This document shows positions 1-8,245 of a stretch of 64,000 nucleotides of DNA, in pieces. The notes beneath the pieces were generated by a model. It did not search any database. It was not told the origin of the DNA and worked only from the letters and a program-made list of their open reading frames with translations. The stretch comes from Candidatus Methanomethylophilaceae archaeon (GTDB taxonomy: Bacteria; Cyanobacteriota; Vampirovibrionia; Gastranaerophilales; Gastranaerophilaceae). The stretch covers positions 10,492 to 74,491 of the forward strand of contig CAVAPR010000004.1 of NCBI GenBank assembly GCA_963590665.1, read 5' to 3'. A program made the translations under genes and the position numbers. Each line of letters starts with the position of its first letter. The stretch's first letter is position 1.

Positions 1-502
1 TGGCTGTTTTATGAGGAGTTTGAGCAACCCGTTTTGGTTTAACTTGAGCAGGTTTTGCGGGTGCAGGTTTTGGAGTTGTTTTTGTAGGAGAAGGTTTATC
101 TGCTGTTGATTGGGTCTTATTCGTAGATTGAGGTTTGTTAGCAGATTTGCCAAGTCCATTTATGATATAAAACTTTTCACCTTTCTTCGGATTATATTCT
201 CTATATGGAGCTGGAATTTTATTAAGCTTACAAAATTCCGTGAAATCCATATTATATTTTTGTGCAAGAGCCATAATTCCTCTATGCGCTGGAACTTCAT
301 CCGTTTTGAATTTCAAAACAGTACCAGTTTTCAAGGTTTTGACACCAGTCAACGCTTGAAACTGTTCAACAGTTAAACCCATATTTCTTGCAAGATTAGA
401 TATAGTATCACCTTGTTTTACTTTATACTCTTCTACTTTCTTAGGCTGTGCCATCGGTTTCGGAGTTTGGATATTTGCGGAATTATTAACTTTTGGAGTC
501 AT
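1..502 (-). CDS. LysM-domain protein, N-terminal part (C-terminus runs off the left edge)
   Basis: Minus-strand frame is open from ATG at 502-500 (AGGAG about 5 nt upstream) to position 1. It is absent from the ORF track because no stop lies in the window. My translation is MTPKVNNSANIQTPKPMAQPKKVEEYKVKQGDTISNLARNMGLTVEQFQALTGVKTLKTGTVLKF..., i.e. a LysM repeat, then a second LysM-like repeat, then a P/T/K-rich linker. Confidence 0.6.
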   Translation of the reverse strand, partial: MTPKVNNSANIQTPKPMAQPKKVEEYKVKQGDTISNLARNMGLTVEQFQALTGVKTLKTGTVLKFKTDEVPAHRGIMALAQKYNMDFTEFCKLNKIPAPYREYNPKKGEKFYIINGLGKSANKPQSTNKTQSTADKPSPTKTTPKPAPAKPAQVKPKRVAQTPHKTA

Positions 503-606
503 AGGCTCTCCTATTGATTACACACACGTATAATAAGTAACGGCATATTTTAACTTTTTCTTTAAAACATGCCGTTAGTTGTGTTAAAAAAATTTACAAT
601 TCCCAA

Positions 607-1257
607 TTAAGTATTGAAAATTCTATCACCTGCATCACCCATGCCTGGGACAATATAACCCTTTTCGTTCAAATGGTCATCTACTGCAGCCGTAATAATT
701 TCAATATCTGGATAATGACTTTGAATATTTTCAATTCCTTGCGGTGCAGCAATAATACACAAGCATTTTATGTTTTTGATTGGAATACCTTTTCCTGCGT
801 ACAAATCAATTGCTGCAAGTAAAGAATTACCAGTAGCAAGCATTGGGTCTGTAATATATACATAAAAATTTTCTGGATTTGGAGTATCCATAGGAACTTT
901 GTTGTAATACCAAACAGGTTTCAATGTCTTCTCATCTCTATACATTCCAATATGTCGAATTGTTGCCTGTGGAAGAATATCAATCGCTTCATCTGTAAAA
1001 ATTAAACCCGCTCTTAAAATTGGAGAAATAACTATGTTAATATTTGGATCAACAGTTTTTGCCTTGAAAGTAGTCAAAGGAGTAGTTACTTCTTTTTCAA
1101 CAAGCGGAAGATTTTTAGCAGCTTCATACAAAAGACATCTTGTAATCTTTCTTGTCGCAATTCTAACACCTTGACTATCAGTATCCTTGTCACGCATTGT
1201 ACACAAATTCAAAAGTACAACAGGATTATTTATTACTCTTACTTTCTCCAGATTCAT
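607..1257 (-). CDS. upp: uracil phosphoribosyltransferase
   Basis: ORF 607..1305. PRPP loop YITDPMLATGNS and C-terminal GMGDAGDRIFNT are typical of Upp. Start moved to ATG 1257 (MNLEKV...), which is preceded by AGGGGTGA. Confidence 0.9.
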   Translation of the reverse strand: MNLEKVRVINNPVVLLNLCTMRDKDTDSQGVRIATRKITRCLLYEAAKNLPLVEKEVTTPLTTFKAKTVDPNINIVISPILRAGLIFTDEAIDILPQATIRHIGMYRDEKTLKPVWYYNKVPMDTPNPENFYVYITDPMLATGNSLLAAIDLYAGKGIPIKNIKCLCIIAAPQGIENIQSHYPDIEIITAAVDDHLNEKGYIVPGMGDAGDRIFNT

Positions 1258-1882
1258 CTTTTTCACCCCTATTAAATTTTTCCTTAAAACTTCTTTCAGC
1301 GTCAATTACAGCATCAATATTTTTCTCAAACTTAATTAGACCTTCTTTTGCATCCGCTGGAGTTACAACATTCTTTTTAATATCTTGTTCAAAATCAATT
1401 TGTCTGCCAGCATAATCCAAAGTAGAGAAAATACCATTCAACTCTCTAAATATATCATCAAACAAGCTCATAACTTTGCCAAGTCTTGTTGGGTCTTTTG
1501 TTGCAACAATTTTATCCACTGGTTGCCCTTCTATTGGCGGATAAATTTCAAGAGCTTTTGAACCTCCAAGTCCAGAAGCTTCAACAGTCGCAATTGCCCC
1601 AACTGGCAAAACTAGACCTTTTTGAGTTATTACGAATTTTATATATACAGATGAAGAAACTATTTGAATTTTTTTAACATAACCAATTTGAACCCCCAAA
1701 AATTTTACTGGAGAACCGACAATCAGACCGTCAACATCTTCCATAAAAATTTGGTAACTCTTATACTGCTGTTGTGATTTATAGTGATGGTATCTTATCC
1801 CCAAAACCACAATCGCAACGATAATAAGCCATATAACAAATTCAAGCCAAGCATATACACGCATATTATCAAATTTCTTCAT
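1226..1882 (-). CDS. MlaD/Mce-family protein (N-terminal TM helix plus Mce domain)
   Basis: ORF 1226..1960. Start set at ATG 1882 (MKKFDNMRVYAWLEFVIWLIIVAIVVL = TM helix). VGSPVKFLGVQIGYVKKIQI and ...ASGLGGSKALEIYP match the Mce/MlaD pattern. Confidence 0.6.
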   Translation of the reverse strand: MKKFDNMRVYAWLEFVIWLIIVAIVVLGIRYHHYKSQQQYKSYQIFMEDVDGLIVGSPVKFLGVQIGYVKKIQIVSSSVYIKFVITQKGLVLPVGAIATVEASGLGGSKALEIYPPIEGQPVDKIVATKDPTRLGKVMSLFDDIFRELNGIFSTLDYAGRQIDFEQDIKKNVVTPADAKEGLIKFEKNIDAVIDAERSFKEKFNRGEKDESGESKSNK

Positions 1883-2000
1883 AGCAAATATTATATAATA
1901 AAATTCTGACAGTGTAAATTTATAAAGAATAAATATACCCAAGTTCATAATTTTACACACTACAGATTTTAGTGTATAATCTCAACAAGAGAGGGGTTTT

Positions 2001-3299
2001 ATGCTAAAACAGGAAAATAAAACAGATGTCATAGTTGTTGGTGCAGGACCTGCTGGAATTTCTTGTGCAATCACACTCGCAAGAGGAGGAAAAGAAGTTG
2101 TCCTCATTGAGCGTGGAATGTTTGCAGGAAGCAAAAATATGTTCGGCGGCGCAATTTACACTTCTGCGACAAAAGAACTGTTCCCAAACTTTGAACAAGA
2201 AGCCCCGCTTGAAAGAAGAAATATTGAACATAATTATATGATTCTTGGAGAAGATGATTCTACAACAATTTCTTACCGCAAAGATGACAATTCAAGCTAT
2301 TCTATTATCCGAGGGAAATTCGACCGTTGGATGGCAGAAGAAGCTAAAAAAGCAGGAGTTACACTTGTTGAAGAAACAGTTGTTCGAGAACTTATAAAAG
2401 AAAATAAAAAAGTTATTGGTGTAAAAACAGAATTAGAAGAATATTTTGCGGACATTGTAATTCTAGCTGATGGGGTAAACTCACTCCTTGCAAAACAAAT
2501 TGGACTTAGAACAGAAATTGAAACAAAAGATGTAGCTCTAAGTGTTAAAGAAGTTCTAAAATTAGACCCAGAAACAATCAACCAAAGATTTAATTTAAAA
2601 GATGATGAAGGCGCAATTGGAGAATTATTTGGCGGTCCAATGCTTGGCTCTTTAGGGCTTGGATTTATGTACACAAACAAAGATTCTATAACAATTGGTT
2701 TAGGTGTAACCCTAAATGACCTAGTAGAAAAGAATTACAGACCATTTGAACTTCTTGACCAATTAAAAAAACATCCTAAAATTGCTCCCCTCATTGAAGG
2801 AGCAGAATTAAAAGAATATTCTGCACACTTAATTCCAGAAGGCGGATACAAAAAAATTCCAAAACTTTGTGACAATGGAGTTATGATAGTTGGAGATGCA
2901 GGCATGCTTGTTAATAACCTTCATTGGGAAGGAACAAACCTCGCAATGATTAGTGGAAAACTTGCAGGAGAAACCGCACTCGAAGCTCTAAACAATGGCA
3001 ATTTTTCAAAAAAATTCCTTTCTCGATATGAGAAAAAATTAAAAAATTCTTTTGTCTTAAAAGATATGAGAACATATAGAGATTTGATGGATATTTGCCA
3101 CCAAAGACAAAAAGCATTCCTTGACTACTATTTGAGAAAAGTTAATGCGTTTTTTGAAATGTTTACATCTGCTAACGGAATCCCTAAAAGAACCAACTAT
3201 TGGAACTTTATCAAAAGTATTTTTACAGACAGAAAAATTTCTGAACTAATTAAAGATGTTTTTGCAATTATTCGTTTAATATGGAGTATTTTGGTATGA
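2001..3299 (+). CDS. fixC: FAD-dependent oxidoreductase FixC (ETF-quinone oxidoreductase family)
   Basis: 432 aa with N-terminal dinucleotide fold DVIVVGAGPAGISCA. RBS GAGAGGGG upstream. Directly coupled to a FixX-type ferredoxin gene. Confidence 0.8.
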   Translation: MLKQENKTDVIVVGAGPAGISCAITLARGGKEVVLIERGMFAGSKNMFGGAIYTSATKELFPNFEQEAPLERRNIEHNYMILGEDDSTTISYRKDDNSSYSIIRGKFDRWMAEEAKKAGVTLVEETVVRELIKENKKVIGVKTELEEYFADIVILADGVNSLLAKQIGLRTEIETKDVALSVKEVLKLDPETINQRFNLKDDEGAIGELFGGPMLGSLGLGFMYTNKDSITIGLGVTLNDLVEKNYRPFELLDQLKKHPKIAPLIEGAELKEYSAHLIPEGGYKKIPKLCDNGVMIVGDAGMLVNNLHWEGTNLAMISGKLAGETALEALNNGNFSKKFLSRYEKKLKNSFVLKDMRTYRDLMDICHQRQKAFLDYYLRKVNAFFEMFTSANGIPKRTNYWNFIKSIFTDRKISELIKDVFAIIRLIWSILV

Positions 3300-3571
3300 A
3301 CATAGATAAAAAATTATATACACTAAAATATTCACCAGATACAGAATCGCACCTCAAGCCCGACAAAGAAAAATGCAAGACTTGCAAAACACGCAATTGC
3401 ACTTACATTTGTCCCGCAAAAGTTTATGAATGGAATGACGAAACTCAAGAATTGATTATAAATTACGAAAATTGTTTGGAATGCGGTGCATGCCGCATAG
3501 CATGCGAAAAGAAGGCTATCGATTGGCAGTATCCAAAAGGTACTAAGGGTGTAACCTTCAAACAAGGATAA
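3296..3571 (+). CDS. fixX: ferredoxin-like protein FixX
   Basis: ORF 3281..3571. ATG 3296 overlaps the fixC stop (ATGA) with GGAG 11 nt upstream. Cys clusters CKTCKTRNCTYICP and CLECGACRIAC. Confidence 0.8.
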   Translation: MNIDKKLYTLKYSPDTESHLKPDKEKCKTCKTRNCTYICPAKVYEWNDETQELIINYENCLECGACRIACEKKAIDWQYPKGTKGVTFKQG

Positions 3572-3612
3572 ATTTTTATTATTATTTCAGTATATAAAGG
3601 AGAAAAAGGAAG

Positions 3613-3984
3613 ATGAAAGAAGAATACTCTCAACAACACAGACGTTGGTATGACAAAGACCCAGTATTATCAGAAGCTGTAAGAACATTAGAAGAAACAG
3701 ATGACCAAACTCAAATTAGAGTGGCTTTAAACCTAATCAAAATTATCATCGAACACAACATTGAAGATGAAAAATTTGAAGCAGTTGATGACATCATTAA
3801 CGCTGTTGGTTCAGGACTAGATGATAACAGACGTGGTCGTTGGTACGATATTGATACAACTCTTAGAACAGCTATGAATATGCTTCAAAATTGTCCAGAA
3901 GATACTCAAAAAGTTATCGCAAAAGAAATGGCTAAAATGGTTGTTGATAAAATCAAAAAAGACGACGATGAAGACGAAGAATAA
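3613..3984 (+). CDS. small acidic hypothetical protein with duplicated RWYD motif
   Basis: 123-aa ORF after AAGGAG. Contains RRWYDKDP and GRWYDIDT repeats and an acidic tail DDDEDEE. No family recognised. Confidence 0.55.
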   Translation: MKEEYSQQHRRWYDKDPVLSEAVRTLEETDDQTQIRVALNLIKIIIEHNIEDEKFEAVDDIINAVGSGLDDNRRGRWYDIDTTLRTAMNMLQNCPEDTQKVIAKEMAKMVVDKIKKDDDEDEE

Positions 3985-4071
3985 TTTTACAATTTCCACA
4001 ATTTGGACTATTGAACTTTTAACTCATGTGTAGTTTAATTGTTCTGTAGTCGGGCAATTAGGAATAGTAAA

Positions 4072-5025
4072 ATGTTAGAGATTTCAAAAACCCAAGATGA
4101 TGGATCACTAAAAATCTTGAACTTGAATGAAGCCGTTTCAGGTTCTTGGTTCAATTTGATAAATCCGACAAGAGAAGAAATTCAACAAGTGTCTTTAGTT
4201 TTAGGACTTGATGAGAGTTTTTTAAACAACTCATTAGACGCTGACGAGTTATCACGTATGGATTTTGAAGACGGAAATCTCTTAATCATTACTAACGTGC
4301 CTGTTATGGATGAGGAAGGTAATTTTGACACTTTGCCATTAGGTTTAATTTTTACCCCAGAAAGTGTTATTACCGTTTGTTCTCACGAAAACAAGATTAT
4401 TAATTCATTCAATACAGATACAGCAAAGTTTTTTGACACTCGTCATAAAGCGAATTTTATGCTTAGCATTTTGTTTAGAGCTGCAAAGTTCTATTTGAGA
4501 TACCTAAATATTATCAACAAACAAACTGAAAGTATTGAAGATTCTCTAAGAAAAACAACAAATAACAAAGCCCTATTCCAATTGATGGAAATTCAGAAAT
4601 CTTTGGTATATTTTACAACTGCATTGAAAGATAACCAACTTGTACTTCAAAAACTTTTGAGAATGGTGCATACCGCAAACTTACAGAGAATTTTGAAGTT
4701 TACAGAAGATGATATTGATATGCTTGAAGACGTTATCATTGAAAACAAACAGGCATCTGAGATGGTTGAAATGCACAGAACAATTCTAGAAAGTATGATG
4801 GACTGTATGGCTTCAATCATCAACAACAATCTTAACTTGGTAATGAAATTCTTAGCAGCAATTACAATCATCATGTCTATTCCGACAATGATAGGTAGTT
4901 TCTGGGGAATGAATGTACCAATGCCGTTTGGACAAAATCATTTTGGATTTTTGATTGTTATTACAATTTCAATTGTTGCAACATTTATTGCCGCAGTATT
5001 CTTCAACCGTAAAGGTATGATGTAA
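4072..5025 (+). CDS. corA: magnesium/cobalt transporter CorA
   Basis: GMN signature (SFWGMNVPMPF) between two C-terminal TM helices. Start set at ATG 4072 after AGGAA (the ORF track starts at an upstream TTG, 4039). Confidence 0.9.
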   Translation: MLEISKTQDDGSLKILNLNEAVSGSWFNLINPTREEIQQVSLVLGLDESFLNNSLDADELSRMDFEDGNLLIITNVPVMDEEGNFDTLPLGLIFTPESVITVCSHENKIINSFNTDTAKFFDTRHKANFMLSILFRAAKFYLRYLNIINKQTESIEDSLRKTTNNKALFQLMEIQKSLVYFTTALKDNQLVLQKLLRMVHTANLQRILKFTEDDIDMLEDVIIENKQASEMVEMHRTILESMMDCMASIINNNLNLVMKFLAAITIIMSIPTMIGSFWGMNVPMPFGQNHFGFLIVITISIVATFIAAVFFNRKGMM

Positions 5026-5032
5026 TTCAAAA

Positions 5033-5140
5033 GTGTATAAGTTGATAAGTCTATAAGTCTATAAGTCTATAAGTTGGTTTCAAGGAAATAGGGGAATAAG
5101 TTCGTTACAAAAGGCTTTAAGACACTGAGTTCTTTATGTA
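5033..5140 (+). repeat. left terminal inverted repeat of the 5033-7385 unit
   Basis: GTGTATAAGTTGATAAGT (5033-5050) plus TTCGTTACAAAAGGCTTTAAGACACTGAGTTCTTTATGTA (about 5101-5140). Both recur inverted at 7329-7385. Confidence 0.8.
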
Positions 5141-5426
5141 TTTAATGTTATTCTGAAGGATAAACTGTTGAATAGGTAAAATAACATTGCAAATTTGCTT
5201 GAAGAATCTCAAACCAAGCGCACCAGCTTGAGATACTTCGCTTCGCTCAGTATGACGTAACCCGTGTAGTCATTCCGAAATGCGGATTTTGGCAAGAGCG
5301 AAGCTCGTCATGGGGAGGGTTGCGTTGAGCCAGCCGACCCGCCAATAATCCAAGACGGTTTCGGAATCTCTATCCAAATGCACTAGTTAGAGATGCTGAA
5401 ATAAATTCAGCATGACATATTGGAAT

Positions 5427-5536
5427 AGGGGTTCGGGGGCAAAGCTCCTGATGACTCGAACCATTCAATCATTCGTGTTTTTCTTTTTCGGTTCTACTTT
5501 TTCTTTTTTCATCGAAATAAAAAAGAAAAAGTGAAC
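5427..5536 (+). repeat. F module copy 1 (110-nt interspersed element)
   Basis: AGGGGTTCGGGGGCAAAGC.CCTGATGACTCGA.CCATT..ATCATTCGTGTTTTTCTTTTTCGGTTCTACTTTTTCTTTTTTCATCGAAATAAAAAAGAAAAAGTGAAC. Near-identical to 6787-6896, 24826-24935 and 52880-52991. Confidence 0.9.
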
Positions 5537-5700
5537 ATTATAATAATCAACCCCTCTCCCTAGCCCTTAACCTCTCACAAAACAATTCACTGGATTGTTT
5601 TGCTCGGCAGAGTCCTTGGAGAGGGAATGATATTTCTACATTTTACAAGTTGCTTTGTTTATCTGTCAGCTTAGTAAAGCCGACATTTTATTTTCAATAC

Positions 5701-6414
5701 TTACTTCTTTCTTTTCCAAACTCTATCATCAATTTTCCAATTATTACTTTTTACGTATGCCAAACACCAATACCCATCACCACTCAAGCAGTTATTTTCA
5801 ATTTCTTCTTTCGATTTGTCATAACCCGCAGGAAGTAATGCTTCTCTATTTGGGTCATAAACCATAATATAAATATCTTTTCCTATAATATTTGGCTTTT
5901 TGTCCCCATTAGCATCAAAATAAAATTCTAGTGTAGTTTGAGTTGTTTTGACTCCAAAGATACTCCAAGCCTTACTTGCACTATAACCATCAAGACTATA
6001 ATATGCACCTTTTGCGGTTTTAAATGTAAATTCATATCCCATACCATACTTACTTTGCCAATAAGGAGTACCACCATTTAAAGTTTTCACAATCCCGCTA
6101 TTGTGCCAACATCCAGCTTGTTGAAAACAAACTTGTTCAACCTTCATATATGGGGCAATATAAATATCATACCAATCTTTCATTCCTTGAGTTGTCTGAA
6201 TTATGGGAATAATTTCTACATCATCATTTTGAGCCATTCTCATTGTTTGAGCAATATTAGTGTAATTTTCTTTTAATTGGGATTCAATTTGCGCTTTCTG
6301 AACTTTTGTTATCAATGTTGGAATTGTCATAGCTGCAACAACTCCAATAATCCCAAGTGTAATAAGAACCTCTGCGAGAGTAAACCCTAAATTACGTGAA
6401 TTGTAATCAAACAT
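5701..6414 (-). CDS. prepilin-type N-terminal cleavage/methylation domain protein (type IV pilin-like)
   Basis: N-terminus MFDYNSRNLG|FTLAEVLITLGIIGVVAAMTIPTL fits the class III signal peptide (G-F-T-L-x-E plus hydrophobic helix). Shares the paralog motif FDANGDKKPNIIGKDIYIMVY. Confidence 0.85.
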   Translation of the reverse strand: MFDYNSRNLGFTLAEVLITLGIIGVVAAMTIPTLITKVQKAQIESQLKENYTNIAQTMRMAQNDDVEIIPIIQTTQGMKDWYDIYIAPYMKVEQVCFQQAGCWHNSGIVKTLNGGTPYWQSKYGMGYEFTFKTAKGAYYSLDGYSASKAWSIFGVKTTQTTLEFYFDANGDKKPNIIGKDIYIMVYDPNREALLPAGYDKSKEEIENNCLSGDGYWCLAYVKSNNWKIDDRVWKRKK

Positions 6415-6428
6415 ATTTGCCCCATTTC

Positions 6429-6447
6429 TACTGGATATTATCCAGTA
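6429..6447. promoter_or_regulatory. 19-bp perfect palindrome, candidate XRE operator
   Basis: TACTGGATA-T-TATCCAGTA lies between the divergent pilin-like (ATG 6414) and XRE (ATG 6481) genes. An extra half-site TTCCAGTA sits at 6463-6470. Confidence 0.55.
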
Positions 6448-6480
6448 AGATTATGTTATCATTTCCAGTAAAATTGTCAA

Positions 6481-6696
6481 ATGAATGAAGCAGAATTTTA
6501 CCAAAAATTAGGACGACAAATAAAAACCTTGAGAGAAAATGCACATTTAACCCAAGAAAAACTTGCCGAAAAATCTGGCATAAGTCTTGATTATTTAGGA
6601 AAAATTGAAGTTAACATAAATAAACCAGGATTAAAAACACTTTTAAAAATTGCAAACGCACTAAATTTACCCATTAAAAAACTTTTTGATTTTTAA
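6481..6696 (+). CDS. XRE-family helix-turn-helix transcriptional regulator
   Basis: 71 aa. LRENAHLTQEKLAEKSGISLDYLGKIE is a classic Cro/C1-type HTH. Confidence 0.85.
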   Translation: MNEAEFYQKLGRQIKTLRENAHLTQEKLAEKSGISLDYLGKIEVNINKPGLKTLLKIANALNLPIKKLFDF

Positions 6697-6786
6697 TATT
6701 TTTTATTGACAGGCATGACCATTCTAGTATGGTCTTTGCGAACGTGTAGAGATACTTCGCTTCGCTCAGTATGACAAAATTTGATA

Positions 6787-6896
6787 AGGGGTTCGGGGGC
6801 AAAGCCCCTGATGACTCGAGCCATTTAGTCATTCGTGTTTTTCTTTTTCGGTTCTACTTTTTCTTTTTTCGTCGAAATAAAAAAGAAAAAGTGAAC
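6787..6896 (+). repeat. F module copy 2
   Basis: Near-identical to 5427-5536. Confidence 0.9.
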
Positions 6897-7328
6897 AGTT
6901 ATTTTTTTGTCGGATTAGTAAATCCGATCTACATTACTAATCTGACATTAAAAAATAAGCTGGATTGCTTCGCATTCGCTCGCAATGACTGGATTTGAGA
7001 AGAATTTTTCATATTCATCATACTGAGCGGAGCGAAGTATCTCAAAGTTAACAAATATGTCACCCTGAATTTAGTTCAGGGTCTCTAACTGGTGCGTTCT
7101 GATAGAGATGCTGAAACAAGTTCAGCATGATGTATTTATATGGCTCTCTCCAAGGGAGAGAGTGAAATTGTCTTTGAGCTTTAGCGAAAAAGTACAATTT
7201 CGAGAGAGGGTTTTTCTTTTTTCTAATCAACCCCTCTCCTAACCTCAGCCATACGGCACGCAGTTTCACACAACTCAACTTCGTTTCGTTGGTTCAGCTA
7301 GTGTCCCTAGGAGAGGACATAATTTTAT

Positions 7329-7385
7329 TACATAAAGAACTCAGTGCCTTAGAGCCTTTTGTAACAAACTTATCAACTTATACAC
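7329..7385 (-). repeat. right terminal inverted repeat of the 5033-7385 unit
   Basis: The reverse complement reads GTGTATAAGTTGATAAGTTTGTTACAAAAGGCTCTAAGGCACTGAGTTCTTTATGTA. Its first 18 nt are identical to 5033-5050. Confidence 0.8.
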
Positions 7386-7397
7386 TTATTGACTTTA

Positions 7398-8237
7398 TTA
7401 AGGCAATGACATTTTGATACGTTCAATATCATTAAAATCAGAAGGTTTTGATTTCTTTTCACTATTACCCAACATTACAACTGCATCAACTTTCGCAGTT
7501 ATCCTTCTTGAATTTGCAGGGAAAATTGTTATATCTTGGTACTCGTTACTTCTAATTAGATTTTCTACCCTCTGTTTATCTATAGTGCTCAAATACGGAG
7601 AACGTACCGTTATATCCCTTATCGCACCATCAGAAGTTACGATAAATGAATAATAAAACCAAGTTCCAACACCATAATCATCTAGGGATGTTATAGACAT
7701 ACTCTCGTCTAAAATTTTATTGATAAATTCACTCTTCCAAGTGTTCCAGTCAATATTTTTGATTACATAGCTACCAGAAGTTCTTTGATTATTGGTTCTT
7801 GTTGAAGCATTGTTAAGTTGGGTTCTTGCGTTTTCCAAACGTTGTTTACGATTTTTGAAATCATCAAAGTTTTTGTAATAATTGCTTTGACCATTACCAG
7901 AAGTATTTTGATTACTATAACTTGTATCTTGGTTATCAAATGGTTCAAAATCAATATCCGTTCTCTCAGATTGTACCCTTGAACCATTTACCTTCATGCC
8001 TGTATCTTGAAGATTAACTCCTGTATTATTAGCTGAAAGATTTTTATTAGAGAATTTTGAATTAGTTGAATTTACATTTGCGCCCTTGTTTTCAATATTT
8101 GCATTCTCGTTATTCAACGACAAACTCTGATTTGTAAATGAAACCTTTTTGCGTTGAGAAACATCCATTGACATCGCAATAATAGTCAACAAAACAAACA
8201 AAACTATTCCAACTATTACAAAATTCTTTTTATTCAT
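7398..8237 (-). CDS. membrane-anchored N/S/Q-rich protein with possible TonB_C-like C-terminal domain
   Basis: N-terminal TM helix (FVIVGIVLFVLLTIIAMSM), a long low-complexity Asn-rich linker, then a ~90-aa C-terminal globular region (YYSFIVTSDGAIRDITVRSPYLSTIDKQRVENLI...FPAN). Domain call is tentative. Confidence 0.45.
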   Translation of the reverse strand: MNKKNFVIVGIVLFVLLTIIAMSMDVSQRKKVSFTNQSLSLNNENANIENKGANVNSTNSKFSNKNLSANNTGVNLQDTGMKVNGSRVQSERTDIDFEPFDNQDTSYSNQNTSGNGQSNYYKNFDDFKNRKQRLENARTQLNNASTRTNNQRTSGSYVIKNIDWNTWKSEFINKILDESMSITSLDDYGVGTWFYYSFIVTSDGAIRDITVRSPYLSTIDKQRVENLIRSNEYQDITIFPANSRRITAKVDAVVMLGNSEKKSKPSDFNDIERIKMSLP

Positions 8238-8245
8238 AATTTGTA

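Larger units (their letters stand above)
5031..5684. repeat. mosaic palindromic repeat block 1 (BIME/REP-like)
   Basis: Contains in order: a CTATAAGT/GATAAGT 8-mer array (5033-5078); the GGGGAATAAGTTCGTTACAAAAGGC module; the TACTTCGCTTCGCTCAGTATGAC module; a GTCATTCCGAA...TTCGGAATCTCT hairpin carrying an ~80-nt insert; an AGAGATGCTGAAA..TTCAGCATGACA hairpin; the 110-nt F module; and CCCTCTCC/GGAGAGGG hairpins. All of these recur elsewhere in the window. Confidence 0.9.
6747..7393. repeat. mosaic palindromic repeat block 2
   Basis: Same module families as block 1, including F module copy 2, an inverted copy of the CACTAGCTGAACC... insert (about 7248-7310), and an 8-mer array at the right edge. 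Confidence 0.9.

Noticed and set aside
110-376. 88-aa plus-strand ORF at the left edge
   Set aside because: It is antisense to the open LysM-domain frame (1..502, minus strand), which has an RBS and clear domain repeats.
5033-5078. Possible CRISPR or tandem-repeat array (CTATAAGT repeated)
   Set aside because: The units are 8 nt, directly abutting, with no spacers. The same arrays occur in both orientations at the edges of every repeat block. No cas genes are present.
6771-7278. ORF-track entries 6771..6998 (+) and 7060..7278 (-), and similarly 35089..35332, 40082..40273 and 5650..5867
   Set aside because: They lie entirely within interspersed repeat modules and translate to low-complexity or repeat-driven peptides (FLFRFYFFFFRR...). 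They lack RBSs and recur only because the DNA repeat recurs.
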